Shown: piece by piece, positions 8,753 through 17,392 of the stretch
Layout: the number at the start of each line of letters is the position of its first letter
How positions within the stretch are numbered: position 1 is the first letter of the stretch
Source of the DNA: Spirochaetota bacterium
GTDB taxonomy: Bacteria > Spirochaetota > UBA4802 > UBA5550
NCBI GenBank assembly: GCA_041753395.1
Contig: JBGSUQ010000030.1
Coordinates: 10,133-74,132 of the forward strand
Reading direction: 5' to 3'
Length of the DNA: 64,000 nt
The notes under the pieces: generated by a model
Seen by the model: the letters and a program-made list of their open reading frames with translations, nothing else
What the model was told of the DNA's origin: nothing
Database searches by the model: none
Made by a program: the position numbers and the translations under genes

Positions 8753-9976
8753 TTATTTTTTCCGCTTCAATTTTCTATCAATTTCCTGGGCCCGCTTAAG
8801 GTACAATCCGTAGAAATAGGGCTTCTGCGATGCGAAGGCCATGGCCTGGTGAAGGATCAGCTCTTCGGCAAAATCGATCCGGTATTTCCATGTCTCGTAG
8901 TCAAAAGTGACAGAGCGGGCAAAGTAGAGCGGCTTCAGCGCTTCGATGATATCCTTTTTCATATGCGGGGTTCCGGTGTCGAAAGTATAGAGGATCTGGT
9001 ACACCGACTGGGTCCACATCAGCGTGTCCATGTCATAGTGGTCCTGCTCTATCATGTGCCTGATGTTAAGATACAAGTAGGGGCTCAGGTATTTTTTCAG
9101 CAGCTTCTCGCGCGACAGAAACTCGTTTCGCAGTTTCTCCTTCAAGTCGCGGATATCGATAGCAAGCTCCTGCGGAGAATCCAGTTTTTTCATGCCAAAT
9201 AAGGGCTTCGGTTTCGGATTATCCTCAGGCATGCCGATCCAATCAGCCTTTTTTGAAAGTACCTTGTCAAAAAATGTGGTCACCACTTGCGTGAACATGG
9301 GTCCCAGCTTCGGCGAACTGGCCTTGTGTATCTTTGCCCCGAGGCCGACCTCGCAAATCCTGAACTTGCCGATGATGGCATTCAGGGTCATGAAGATATC
9401 GATGCCGTAAAGACGTGTGGTGGGAAGCCATTTCTGCTCGAGCCAGTAGATAGCAAGACGCGGTGAAAAAGAAAAATCCCCACCAATGGGCTGACGTACA
9501 TTCTCACCCATGAGGCCATAGAGCAACGGATAACAGATATGATTGGTTATGGTACCGTCGAACTGGTGGCGACTGTATCGTGGGAGCGCATAGTCATATC
9601 CCTTGAGGATCGGCTCTATGAAGTGCTTGATCCATTCAGGGGTTACTGACCGGAGGTCGGCGTCCAGCACCACGGCCGCTTTAAGGGTTCCCGCATGGGT
9701 TTCCGCCGCTTTGAATAGGTTCATCAGGTTGTTTCCCTTCCCTTTCACGCCCCTGGGAGTGGAAATGTATTCCTTGGGGGTTGCCGTTGGGGTGGAGAGG
9801 AATGCACTCCTGGTGTCATCTTCACTGTTGTTGTCCACATTGATGATAACCGCTTCCATGTTGTGAAAATACCGCTGGATCCCGAGATCCACCTGCCGGG
9901 TGACATACCCGATGGTATCCGCCTCCATGTATGATGGAATCCCGACTATCAGTTCAACTCCCTTTCCCTGCTTCAT
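8753..9976 (-). CDS. GT-A fold glycosyltransferase, glucosylglycerate/mannosylglycerate-synthase-like
   Basis: GKGNN...VLDADL (DxD)...PIGGDF...YGIDIF pattern, typical of retaining compatible-solute-type GTs. Precise acceptor unknown. Confidence 0.7.
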   Translation of the reverse strand: MKQGKGVELIVGIPSYMEADTIGYVTRQVDLGIQRYFHNMEAVIINVDNNSEDDTRSAFLSTPTATPKEYISTPRGVKGKGNNLMNLFKAAETHAGTLKAAVVLDADLRSVTPEWIKHFIEPILKGYDYALPRYSRHQFDGTITNHICYPLLYGLMGENVRQPIGGDFSFSPRLAIYWLEQKWLPTTRLYGIDIFMTLNAIIGKFRICEVGLGAKIHKASSPKLGPMFTQVVTTFFDKVLSKKADWIGMPEDNPKPKPLFGMKKLDSPQELAIDIRDLKEKLRNEFLSREKLLKKYLSPYLYLNIRHMIEQDHYDMDTLMWTQSVYQILYTFDTGTPHMKKDIIEALKPLYFARSVTFDYETWKYRIDFAEELILHQAMAFASQKPYFYGLYLKRAQEIDRKLKRKK

Positions 9977-10185
9977 GTCGTTCTCCCGGTATCTGTTGTG
10001 TGGTTAAACTCAATGTACCGTCACATTGAAAAATAATCAATGATTTTTATACAAGTACGATCCCTTTTACTAGGGCGGCAACCGTATCGGGAGTATTGCC
10101 GTTAAACACCTTCCCAGCATTAATGGTTGACATATAACGGCTCATTCCCGGTATGATAAACCGCATTACATTCAGGGAGCAACCC

Positions 10186-10533
10186 GTGCACGAACTATCC
10201 ATCATGAGCGGCATCCTGGACATCGTCCTTGAGCACGCCAACAAGAATAACGCGAAGAAGGTCGCCGCCATCAACCTGCGGATCGGCCAGCTTTCCGACA
10301 TAATCCCCGAATGGGCGCAGTCCTATTTCGACATGCTCAGCAAGGATACCATCGCCGACGGCGCCGTTCTTGACATTGAGCACATCCCGGTCAAGGTCCG
10401 TTGCCGCGCCTGTGGAAATGAACATGCCTTCAAGGACAAAAAATGGAGCTTCACCTGCGTAAAGTGCGAATCCCCCGACATAGAGCTCCTGGAAGGGAGG
10501 GAATTTTCCATAGTGAGCATCGAGATAACCTGA
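10186..10533 (+). CDS. hypA: hydrogenase nickel incorporation protein HypA
   Basis: GTG start preceded by AGGGAG, giving (M)HELSIMSGILDIV. Has CRACG...CVKC zinc motifs. The ORF track start at 10153 is probably too early. Confidence 0.9.
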   Translation: MHELSIMSGILDIVLEHANKNNAKKVAAINLRIGQLSDIIPEWAQSYFDMLSKDTIADGAVLDIEHIPVKVRCRACGNEHAFKDKKWSFTCVKCESPDIELLEGREFSIVSIEIT

Positions 10534-11600
10534 TGGGAACCGATCTTAACAAAAAACTCGCCACGCGCCTCACGGGACTGCAACTGGAGCATGAAATAAG
10601 GATCATGGAGGTCTGCGGAACCCATACCACCGAGTTTTTCCGGACCGGCGTCAAGGACCTCTTCCCCGCGGGGCTCACGCTAGTGGACGGTCCCGGTTGC
10701 CCGGTGTGTGTCACTCCTAACGACTACCTGGACCGGGCAATAGAAATCGGCAAACAGCACCGTACCGTCATCGTTACTTTCGGCGACATGATCAAGGTTC
10801 CTTCATCCTATAGTTCCCTGACGAAAGAGAAGGCCGAGGGGATGGACATCCGTGTTGTATATTCACCTATAAACGCCCTGGAGATCGCCGAAGGAGACCC
10901 CGCCACCGAAGTGATATTTCTCAGCGTGGGTTTCGAGACCACGGCCCCGGCTGAAGCGGTCGCCGTGCTTGAAGCTAAAAAACGCGGCGTCAAAAACTTC
11001 TCACTCCTATCGGGGAACAAGCTCACCCCGCCGGCGGTGGAAGCCCTCCTGGCGGCGCAGGAAGTGAAGATCGACGGGTTCATCCTGCCGGGGCACGTTA
11101 GCGCCATCATCGGCGTCAAAGTCTGGCGTTTCATATCTGAAAAGTACGGCAGGCCCTGCGTGATATCCGGCTTCGACGCGCCAGACCTGATCATGGGCAT
11201 GCTCTCCCTTGTCGATTTTGTCCGAAAAAATAAAAACGAAACAATAAATCAATATACCCGCGTCGTCAGGGAGGACGGGAACACGAAGGCCCTTGATATA
11301 CTCAACCAGGTATTCAGGACATCCGACGCCCACTGGCGCGGCATTGGCGTTATCCCGGGAAGCGGCCTGGAGATCCGCAACGAATACGCGGAATTCGACG
11401 CAGCGCTGAAATTCCCTGTCACGCCGCCCGAGCCGAAGGAGGCAAAAGGATGCCGGTGCGGCGAGCTCCTGCGCGGACTCATCACACCGCCGGAGTGCGC
11501 ACTCTACGGGAAGGCCTGCACGCCGGAGGAGCCCGTCGGTCCCTGTATGGTGTCCATGGAAGGGCCCTGCGCTGCCTATTACAAGTACTGGAGCAGATGA
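10533..11600 (+). CDS. hypD: hydrogenase maturation protein HypD
   Basis: The ATG overlaps the hypA stop (TGATG). Motifs MEVCGTHT and GPGCPVCVTP. Confidence 0.93.
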   Translation: MGTDLNKKLATRLTGLQLEHEIRIMEVCGTHTTEFFRTGVKDLFPAGLTLVDGPGCPVCVTPNDYLDRAIEIGKQHRTVIVTFGDMIKVPSSYSSLTKEKAEGMDIRVVYSPINALEIAEGDPATEVIFLSVGFETTAPAEAVAVLEAKKRGVKNFSLLSGNKLTPPAVEALLAAQEVKIDGFILPGHVSAIIGVKVWRFISEKYGRPCVISGFDAPDLIMGMLSLVDFVRKNKNETINQYTRVVREDGNTKALDILNQVFRTSDAHWRGIGVIPGSGLEIRNEYAEFDAALKFPVTPPEPKEAKGCRCGELLRGLITPPECALYGKACTPEEPVGPCMVSMEGPCAAYYKYWSR

Positions 11601-12601
11601 TGCCTAAAACAATACTACCGGGACACGGGAGCGGTGGGAAGCTCATGAACGAGATGATCGACACGGTCATCCGGAAGCGCTTCGGCACTGGGAACGTCCA
11701 GCTTGATGATTCTGCGGTCCTCACCATCGGAGGTTCTACCATCGCCTTCACCACAGACACCTTTACCATCACACCGATCTTTTTCCCCGGCGGCGATATC
11801 GGGAAGCTCGCGGTGAACGGCACCGTTAACGACCTCGCAATGATGGGCGCCCGGCCGCTCTTCATATCGTGCGCTCTCATCCTGGAAGAAGGGCTCGACT
11901 TCGCGGACCTGGAGCGGATCCTCGACTCGATGAAATCGGAGGCGGACCGGGCCGGCGTAGCTATCGTCACCGGCGACACCAAGGTGGTTCCCAATGGCAA
12001 GGCTGACAGGATCTTCATCAACACCTCTGGCATCGGCATCATTGACAGAAAAATCCAGCGCGGGGAGATCGTCCCGGGAGACCGCATCATCGTGAGCGGC
12101 ACCATCGGCGACCACGGCATGTCTGTCATGGCCCTGCGCAACAGCCTGTCCTTTTCCCGGGGCCTGCAATCCGACTGCGCCCATCTAAACCACATGATCG
12201 CGAAGATCACCGATAACTATCCGGACAGCATCAAGTTTATGCGCGACCCGACCAGGGGCGGCGTGGCTTCCGTCCTGAATGAAATCGTGAAGGGAAAACA
12301 ATTCAGCGCCATGCTTGCCGAGGAGACCCTCCCCATCCGTGACGAGGTGAAAGGTGTGTGCAGCATCCTCGGCATCGAGGCCCTATACGCGGCCAATGAG
12401 GGCAAGGTTGTGCTCATCGTCAGGGAAGCTGACGCCAGCGGCATTGTGCAGATACTGAGGACAACTCCTGAAGGGAAAGACGCTACCGTGATCGGTGAAA
12501 TAACCACAGCGTTCCCGGGAAAGGCCTATATCGAAACGGCTATCGGCGGCAGAAGGATACTGCCGCTCCTAACCGAAGAGCAGCTGCCCAGGATATGCTG
12601 A
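11597..12601 (+). CDS. hypE: hydrogenase maturation protein HypE
   Basis: The ATG overlaps the hypD stop (ATGA). PurM-like fold sequence and the conserved C-terminal ...PRIC. Confidence 0.93.
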   Translation: MMPKTILPGHGSGGKLMNEMIDTVIRKRFGTGNVQLDDSAVLTIGGSTIAFTTDTFTITPIFFPGGDIGKLAVNGTVNDLAMMGARPLFISCALILEEGLDFADLERILDSMKSEADRAGVAIVTGDTKVVPNGKADRIFINTSGIGIIDRKIQRGEIVPGDRIIVSGTIGDHGMSVMALRNSLSFSRGLQSDCAHLNHMIAKITDNYPDSIKFMRDPTRGGVASVLNEIVKGKQFSAMLAEETLPIRDEVKGVCSILGIEALYAANEGKVVLIVREADASGIVQILRTTPEGKDATVIGEITTAFPGKAYIETAIGGRRILPLLTEEQLPRIC

Positions 12602-12622
12602 TTACTTATCAAGGAGAACAAT

Positions 12623-12859
12623 ATGTGTCTTGCAGTACCTATGACCATAACGAAAATTGAAGGTAACCGGGCGGTAGCCGAGGCCCGGGGCGTAGAAACC
12701 ATGGTCGACATCTCGCTGATGCCCGACGTGAAAATAAACGACAGGGTGATCGTGCACGCCGGGTTCATAATCGAGCGACTTGACGAAAAGGAAGCAAGCG
12801 AGATCGACAAGGTGTGGGACCAGTACCTGGAGCAGCTCGACAAGGAAGATAGCGCCTGA
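12623..12859 (+). CDS. hypC: hydrogenase assembly chaperone HypC/HupF
   Basis: 78 aa starting MCLAVPM, the invariant N-terminal Cys motif. Confidence 0.92.
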   Translation: MCLAVPMTITKIEGNRAVAEARGVETMVDISLMPDVKINDRVIVHAGFIIERLDEKEASEIDKVWDQYLEQLDKEDSA

Positions 12860-12861
12860 CA

Positions 12862-14142
12862 TCACTCAACGATGCATAGGTCCAGATACTGCGGCATCTC
12901 CACGGTGAATCGCGCCCATGAGCCATGCTCGGAATCAGCGGCGATGCGGCCGCAGTGCAGCTGAACGATTTTCCACGACACATACAGCCCGACCCCGCTC
13001 CCTTTCCGCTCTATCAATTCCGCATCTTTAAGCCGTGAAAACTTTTTAAAGAGAAGATGCCGATCCTGTTCGCTGAACCCCGGCCCCTCGTTCCATACGG
13101 ATAAAGAGAATTTCTTGAAGCCCTTCACGAGGGATACCCGCAGCACGCCGCCATGATTGCCGTATTTAATGCCGTTACTGATGAGGTTCATGATAACGAT
13201 CCTCATCAGGTCCGGATCGCACCGCACCGGGAACACGGTTGAGGCGTAATCGCGCTCCATTGTCACTTTCCGTTCCGCCAGCTGAGGAAGGAGTATGTCG
13301 ATTATCGGTTCAACAATATCATCGACGAAATCAATCAATTTCGGATGCAGTTCTATCACGCTGCTCTCGAAGCGTGACAGGTTCAGGTACTGGTTGCTGA
13401 CCGCATTGAGGTATTCCGCCTTTTTCAATATCCGTCCCAGGATTTCCCGCTGTTTTTCATCCAGCTTGCCGAAGTAGCCTTCCTGCAGGGTCTGGACAAG
13501 GGTCACGATAGAAGAAATGGGGCTCTTCAGCTCATGGGAGACAAAACTCAGCATTTCCATATAAGCCCGGTCATTCTTCTCGATACGGTCCGCTTGCTGC
13601 GCTTTTTCAAGATGATACTGAAGCAGTTTCGCTATTTCCTCCAGCAGCATGCCATGTCGGTCGGAATATGATCCCGTTCTGCGGGAGCCGCATGATAGCG
13701 TCCCCACGATCGAGCTGCCGGACTCGATCGGCACGACGATATGCGAACGTATGCCCTCCTCCACCAGCAGCCTGGACAGGTCAAGGACCTCAAATTCACT
13801 CCCGTGTTCGGCTGGATCGCTGATAAAGGGCCCGCCTGAATCCAGCGCCCGCTGGTAAAAGCTCTCCGGTATGTCAACAGTCTCCCCGGCGGCTGCTGCG
13901 ACCGGCTTGTAAGCGGCCCTGACGCTCTGGAGTACCACGCGGCGTCCGTCCTCTTCCAGTAACCCGGCGTCAAGCCTTTCGCAGGGGACAAGTCTGCCGA
14001 TGCCTTGAAATACGGCATCCATCGCCTCTTCAAGCGACTTCGCTGCAGTTACCCTCCCGGCAATTCCGGCAAGAATATCCCGTTCATCAGATGTAAGATC
14101 AGGTGTCTTCATTTCTTCCTGTGGTCTGCATGATAATGCCAT
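12862..14142 (-). CDS. cytoplasmic GAF-domain sensor histidine kinase
   Basis: No TM segment. N-terminal GAF-like region, H-box SHELKSPISSI, N box NLISNGIKYG, G boxes WNEGPGF and GSGVGL. Confidence 0.88.
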   Translation of the reverse strand: MALSCRPQEEMKTPDLTSDERDILAGIAGRVTAAKSLEEAMDAVFQGIGRLVPCERLDAGLLEEDGRRVVLQSVRAAYKPVAAAAGETVDIPESFYQRALDSGGPFISDPAEHGSEFEVLDLSRLLVEEGIRSHIVVPIESGSSIVGTLSCGSRRTGSYSDRHGMLLEEIAKLLQYHLEKAQQADRIEKNDRAYMEMLSFVSHELKSPISSIVTLVQTLQEGYFGKLDEKQREILGRILKKAEYLNAVSNQYLNLSRFESSVIELHPKLIDFVDDIVEPIIDILLPQLAERKVTMERDYASTVFPVRCDPDLMRIVIMNLISNGIKYGNHGGVLRVSLVKGFKKFSLSVWNEGPGFSEQDRHLLFKKFSRLKDAELIERKGSGVGLYVSWKIVQLHCGRIAADSEHGSWARFTVEMPQYLDLCIVE

Positions 14143-14225
14143 GCATCATGAATCATGTTATTGAAACCCGACAAATTTTCAAGAAGAATAATCAGTCTTT
14201 CTGCCGGGTATTTGAATTTTTATCC

Positions 14226-14255
14226 TTGACATAACTATTTTTTCCCCTTTTTAAT
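14226..14255 (+). promoter_or_regulatory. candidate sigma70-type promoter of the DRTGG operon
   Basis: TTGACA (14226-14231)-N18-TTTAAT (14250-14255), 54 nt before the ATG at 14309. Confidence 0.4.
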
Positions 14256-14308
14256 GCTGATGCCCCACTGGGGACACAGGCAAACCCCCGCGACGGGAAA
14301 CAATTATT

Positions 14309-14677
14309 ATGATATTGCGCGAAGCTATAGAACTACTGAAGGCCGATGTCCAGTACAACCAAAGCGTTCAGCTCGAAGCCGAAATACATAAGGCCCGGGC
14401 CAGCGATCTCATGAGCGAAGTCCTGGCTGATGACGCGGTCCCGGATATCCTTCTCACCGGACTGTGTAATTCCCACGTTATCCGGACCGCATCTGTATTC
14501 GGCATTAAAGCCGTTGTTTTCGTCCGGGGCGGCCCGGTAGACCAGAAGCTGATTGATTGCGCCCTCGATGAAAACATAGTGGTAATGACCACGCGGGACA
14601 GCCTGTTTACATCATGCGGAAAATTGTACGCTGCCGGCGTCAGAGCTGTCACGGAAAATCATAATCGGCGGGATTAA
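14309..14677 (+). CDS. DRTGG domain protein
   Basis: 122 aa with a DILLTG...RTA... pattern typical of the stand-alone DRTGG domain. Confidence 0.75.
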   Translation: MILREAIELLKADVQYNQSVQLEAEIHKARASDLMSEVLADDAVPDILLTGLCNSHVIRTASVFGIKAVVFVRGGPVDQKLIDCALDENIVVMTTRDSLFTSCGKLYAAGVRAVTENHNRRD

Positions 14678-14688
14678 GCACAATAACA

Positions 14689-15639
14689 ATGGAAACGCGC
14701 CTGGACAAAACACTGGAAATCCTCTTCGAGCTCAAGGTGGGCGACGCAATGAAGAAAGACGTCGTCACCGTGGGGCCCGATGATGCCATGGGAAAACTCA
14801 ATGAGGAAATGAGCATCCACCGGATCAGCGGCGTCCCGGTCGTCGAAGGGAAAAAACTTGCGGGCATCATCAGCATATCGGACCTCATAGCCTGGCTGTC
14901 AGCCGGCGTCAAAGACTCGAAAGTCAAAGACTGGATGGTAAAGGACCCGCAGTGCCTTTATGCTGACCAGCCGCTCATACACGCCATCAAGCGTTTTGAC
15001 CAGCTGCGGTTCGGGCGCTTTCCCGTCCTTGACCGGGAGAGCGGGGAACTGGTGGGGATCATCACCAACGGCGACATCATTCTGGGCACCCTGAAGAAGC
15101 TGGAGCAGGACTACAACGAGGAGGAGGTGCGCCGGTATCGCGCCAGCCACTTTTTCGAAGATATAAACGCCGACCACCTGGATCTCACCCTCGCCTTCAT
15201 CATTACCGGCAAGGATTTCGACCATGCCGGCCGGGCGTCCACCACCATGAAAAAAAACCTTAAGCGGCTGGGACTGCAGCCGGAGATCATACGACGGGCG
15301 GCCATCGCTTCATACGAAGCGGAGATGAATGTGGTCATCTACACCGATGGCGGCACGATGAAATTCACCATCACCGATGAAAAACTCACGATTATCGTCA
15401 AAGACCGCGGCCCGGGCATCGAAAATATAGAGCTGGCCATGCAGGATGGATACACCACCGCCGAGCCGTGGGTGCGCGAACTGGGCTTCGGTGCCGGTAT
15501 GGGCCTGCCCAACATCAAGAAGTGTTCCGATTTCATGGATCTCCAGTCCGTTGTGGGCGAAGGGACAACATTAAAACTTGAAATCATGATAGGGGTGAAC
15601 GATGAAAGTAAAAGAATTAATCCAGAAGCTAAATCTTGA
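14689..15639 (+). CDS. CBS-pair protein fused to a GHKL (anti-sigma/RsbW-like) ATPase domain
   Basis: Two CBS repeats (VTVGPDD...GVPVV; ...RFPVLD...GIITNGDI), then the kinase-like C-terminus DRGPGI...GFGAGMGLPN. Confidence 0.8.
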   Translation: METRLDKTLEILFELKVGDAMKKDVVTVGPDDAMGKLNEEMSIHRISGVPVVEGKKLAGIISISDLIAWLSAGVKDSKVKDWMVKDPQCLYADQPLIHAIKRFDQLRFGRFPVLDRESGELVGIITNGDIILGTLKKLEQDYNEEEVRRYRASHFFEDINADHLDLTLAFIITGKDFDHAGRASTTMKKNLKRLGLQPEIIRRAAIASYEAEMNVVIYTDGGTMKFTITDEKLTIIVKDRGPGIENIELAMQDGYTTAEPWVRELGFGAGMGLPNIKKCSDFMDLQSVVGEGTTLKLEIMIGVNDESKRINPEAKS

Positions 15640-15940
15640 ACTGACGAGCACATCCACTGCGCTCGATGCCGAGGTACAGAACGCGTATGCCAGCGACATC
15701 CTAAGCGATGTAATGTCCCATGCGAAGGACGGCAGTGTATGGATTACGCTCCAGACTCACCGGAATATTGTCTCGGTGGCGGAGCTGAAATCCTTTGCCG
15801 GGATAATCCTTGTCGGCGACCGCAAGCCCGACGATGAAACATTAAAAAAGGCGAACGAGGAAAATATCCCTATTTTCTCCACCAAGCTGTCGACATTTGA
15901 GATTGTCGGGAAACTGTATGAACTGGGGATACGGGGGTAG
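15602..15940 (+). CDS. DRTGG domain protein (second copy)
   Basis: 112 aa with ASDILSDVM...WITLQTHRNIVSVA. The ATG has an AGGGGTGA RBS and overlaps the upstream gene by 38 nt. Confidence 0.7.
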   Translation: MKVKELIQKLNLELTSTSTALDAEVQNAYASDILSDVMSHAKDGSVWITLQTHRNIVSVAELKSFAGIILVGDRKPDDETLKKANEENIPIFSTKLSTFEIVGKLYELGIRG

Positions 15941-16003
15941 GATTATTTGTTGCCCATGCGGATGGGACAATGCCAATTCGTCGCCTTCAGTGTCCGCCGA
16001 CCG

Positions 16004-16255
16004 TCACTCCTTTCGGTTGTGGATATACAGCAGCGTATCGATCGTTACCAGGGAAAAATTTACCATATAGAGATAGATCACATTGTCATAATTGAAAAAT
16101 ACCTTGTGCATAATGCCCGCGAGGTACCCCGCCATCACTATGAACAGGAAGACCAGGCTTTTCCCCTTGACTGATTTCGACTTCCATGACCGGTAGATTG
16201 AAAAGGGCCAGGCGGAGCCGAAGCAGACCAGCATGATGATTTCGAAAATACTCAT
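16004..16255 (-). CDS. small 3-TM membrane protein (PQ-loop/SemiSWEET-like?)
   Basis: Starts MSIFEIIMLVCFGSAWPFSIY with a GAGGAA RBS. About 83 aa. The family call is tentative. Confidence 0.5.
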   Translation of the reverse strand: MSIFEIIMLVCFGSAWPFSIYRSWKSKSVKGKSLVFLFIVMAGYLAGIMHKVFFNYDNVIYLYMVNFSLVTIDTLLYIHNRKE

Positions 16256-16460
16256 TGTAGTTCCTCTCGCAAAAAAGACCCGTTGGTATGGGTGCATATC
16301 ATTGTATCGATGTAATCAGCTACAGGCGGGAATAATAATTAATTGTCAATATTAATATTCGGATTACCGTACTGCGCTGGAAAGCCCGTTATTATATTAA
16401 TAACACAGTCCTTTCCCTTATCCCTTCCCATCGAGAGAGGGGATAATTCGTATAATGCTT

Positions 16461-17291
16461 TCAATATTTTTTCTTTTTCGCCGCCCTCGCCACGGTAAGG
16501 TCCGCGATCATGCGGCTCATCCAGCCGGGAGAAAATCGCTGTACATAGTAGAGGAGCCTCGCCCTGAATCCGGGCATGATCAGGTAGCACCCGCCAGCTA
16601 TTCCCCGTATGATAAACCTCGCCACGTAATCGGGTTTCAGAAGCCCCACCATGTTTTTCACCGCCCGCGACTCAGGTGGGATGGTCCTGCTCTCCTCGAC
16701 CAGGAAGGGGGTGTCTGTTTCGGGCGGGCAGGCCAGGTTGACCCGTATGCCGTACCGCCTGACTTCGCTGCGAAGGCACTCCGCGAATCCCACGAGGGCG
16801 AATTTCGATGTTGCATACGCACTGTAGCCGAACATGGCCATGAGGCCGGCCATGGACGAAATAATGACGATGGAGCCGCCCTTCTGCTTCATGTGGGGCA
16901 ACGCCGCAGCTATGACGTTTCGGGTTCCGTAGAGGTTGATCTTCATGACCCGGTCAAAGGCGTCGTAAGAAATATTTTCAAAGTAATCGGCGCTTCCGAT
17001 GCCGGCGCTGTTGATGAGGATATCGGGAATGCCGAAATCACCGACTGCACTGCCGATGACCTTGCGCACCATGGTGTTATCGCTGACGTCCAGGGGCATG
17101 GCCGCCACTCTCCCGGAACCGCTGCGGTTCCCCTCGACAATCGCCCGGGCCTCTTCCAGTTTTCTTGCGTCGCGGGCAAAAAGAAGCAGATCGGCTCCCA
17201 GGGACGCGAGCTGGCAGGCACTAGCCAGGCCTATGCCGCTCGATCCGCCGGTGATATAGATGCGCTTGCCTTTAAAAAAATGCATGGCCAT
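16461..17291 (-). CDS. SDR-family NAD(P)-dependent oxidoreductase
   Basis: ITGGSSGIGLA glycine motif and YSAYATSK (YxxxK) catalytic motif. Confidence 0.88.
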   Translation of the reverse strand: MAMHFFKGKRIYITGGSSGIGLASACQLASLGADLLLFARDARKLEEARAIVEGNRSGSGRVAAMPLDVSDNTMVRKVIGSAVGDFGIPDILINSAGIGSADYFENISYDAFDRVMKINLYGTRNVIAAALPHMKQKGGSIVIISSMAGLMAMFGYSAYATSKFALVGFAECLRSEVRRYGIRVNLACPPETDTPFLVEESRTIPPESRAVKNMVGLLKPDYVARFIIRGIAGGCYLIMPGFRARLLYYVQRFSPGWMSRMIADLTVARAAKKKKY

Positions 17292-17392
17292 TCCGCCTCC
17301 TTACAGTCTTCGGATTTCATGCATCATGATTACGGCACTTATCCTACCACGATTCCCGGCACCTGTCGACCGTCTTTATTAACTGCTTCATT

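Noticed and set aside
10127-10157. TTGACA...TATGAT as the hypA promoter
   Set aside because: The spacer is 19 nt, longer than the usual 16-18. It was kept only as a weak possibility and is not listed as a feature.
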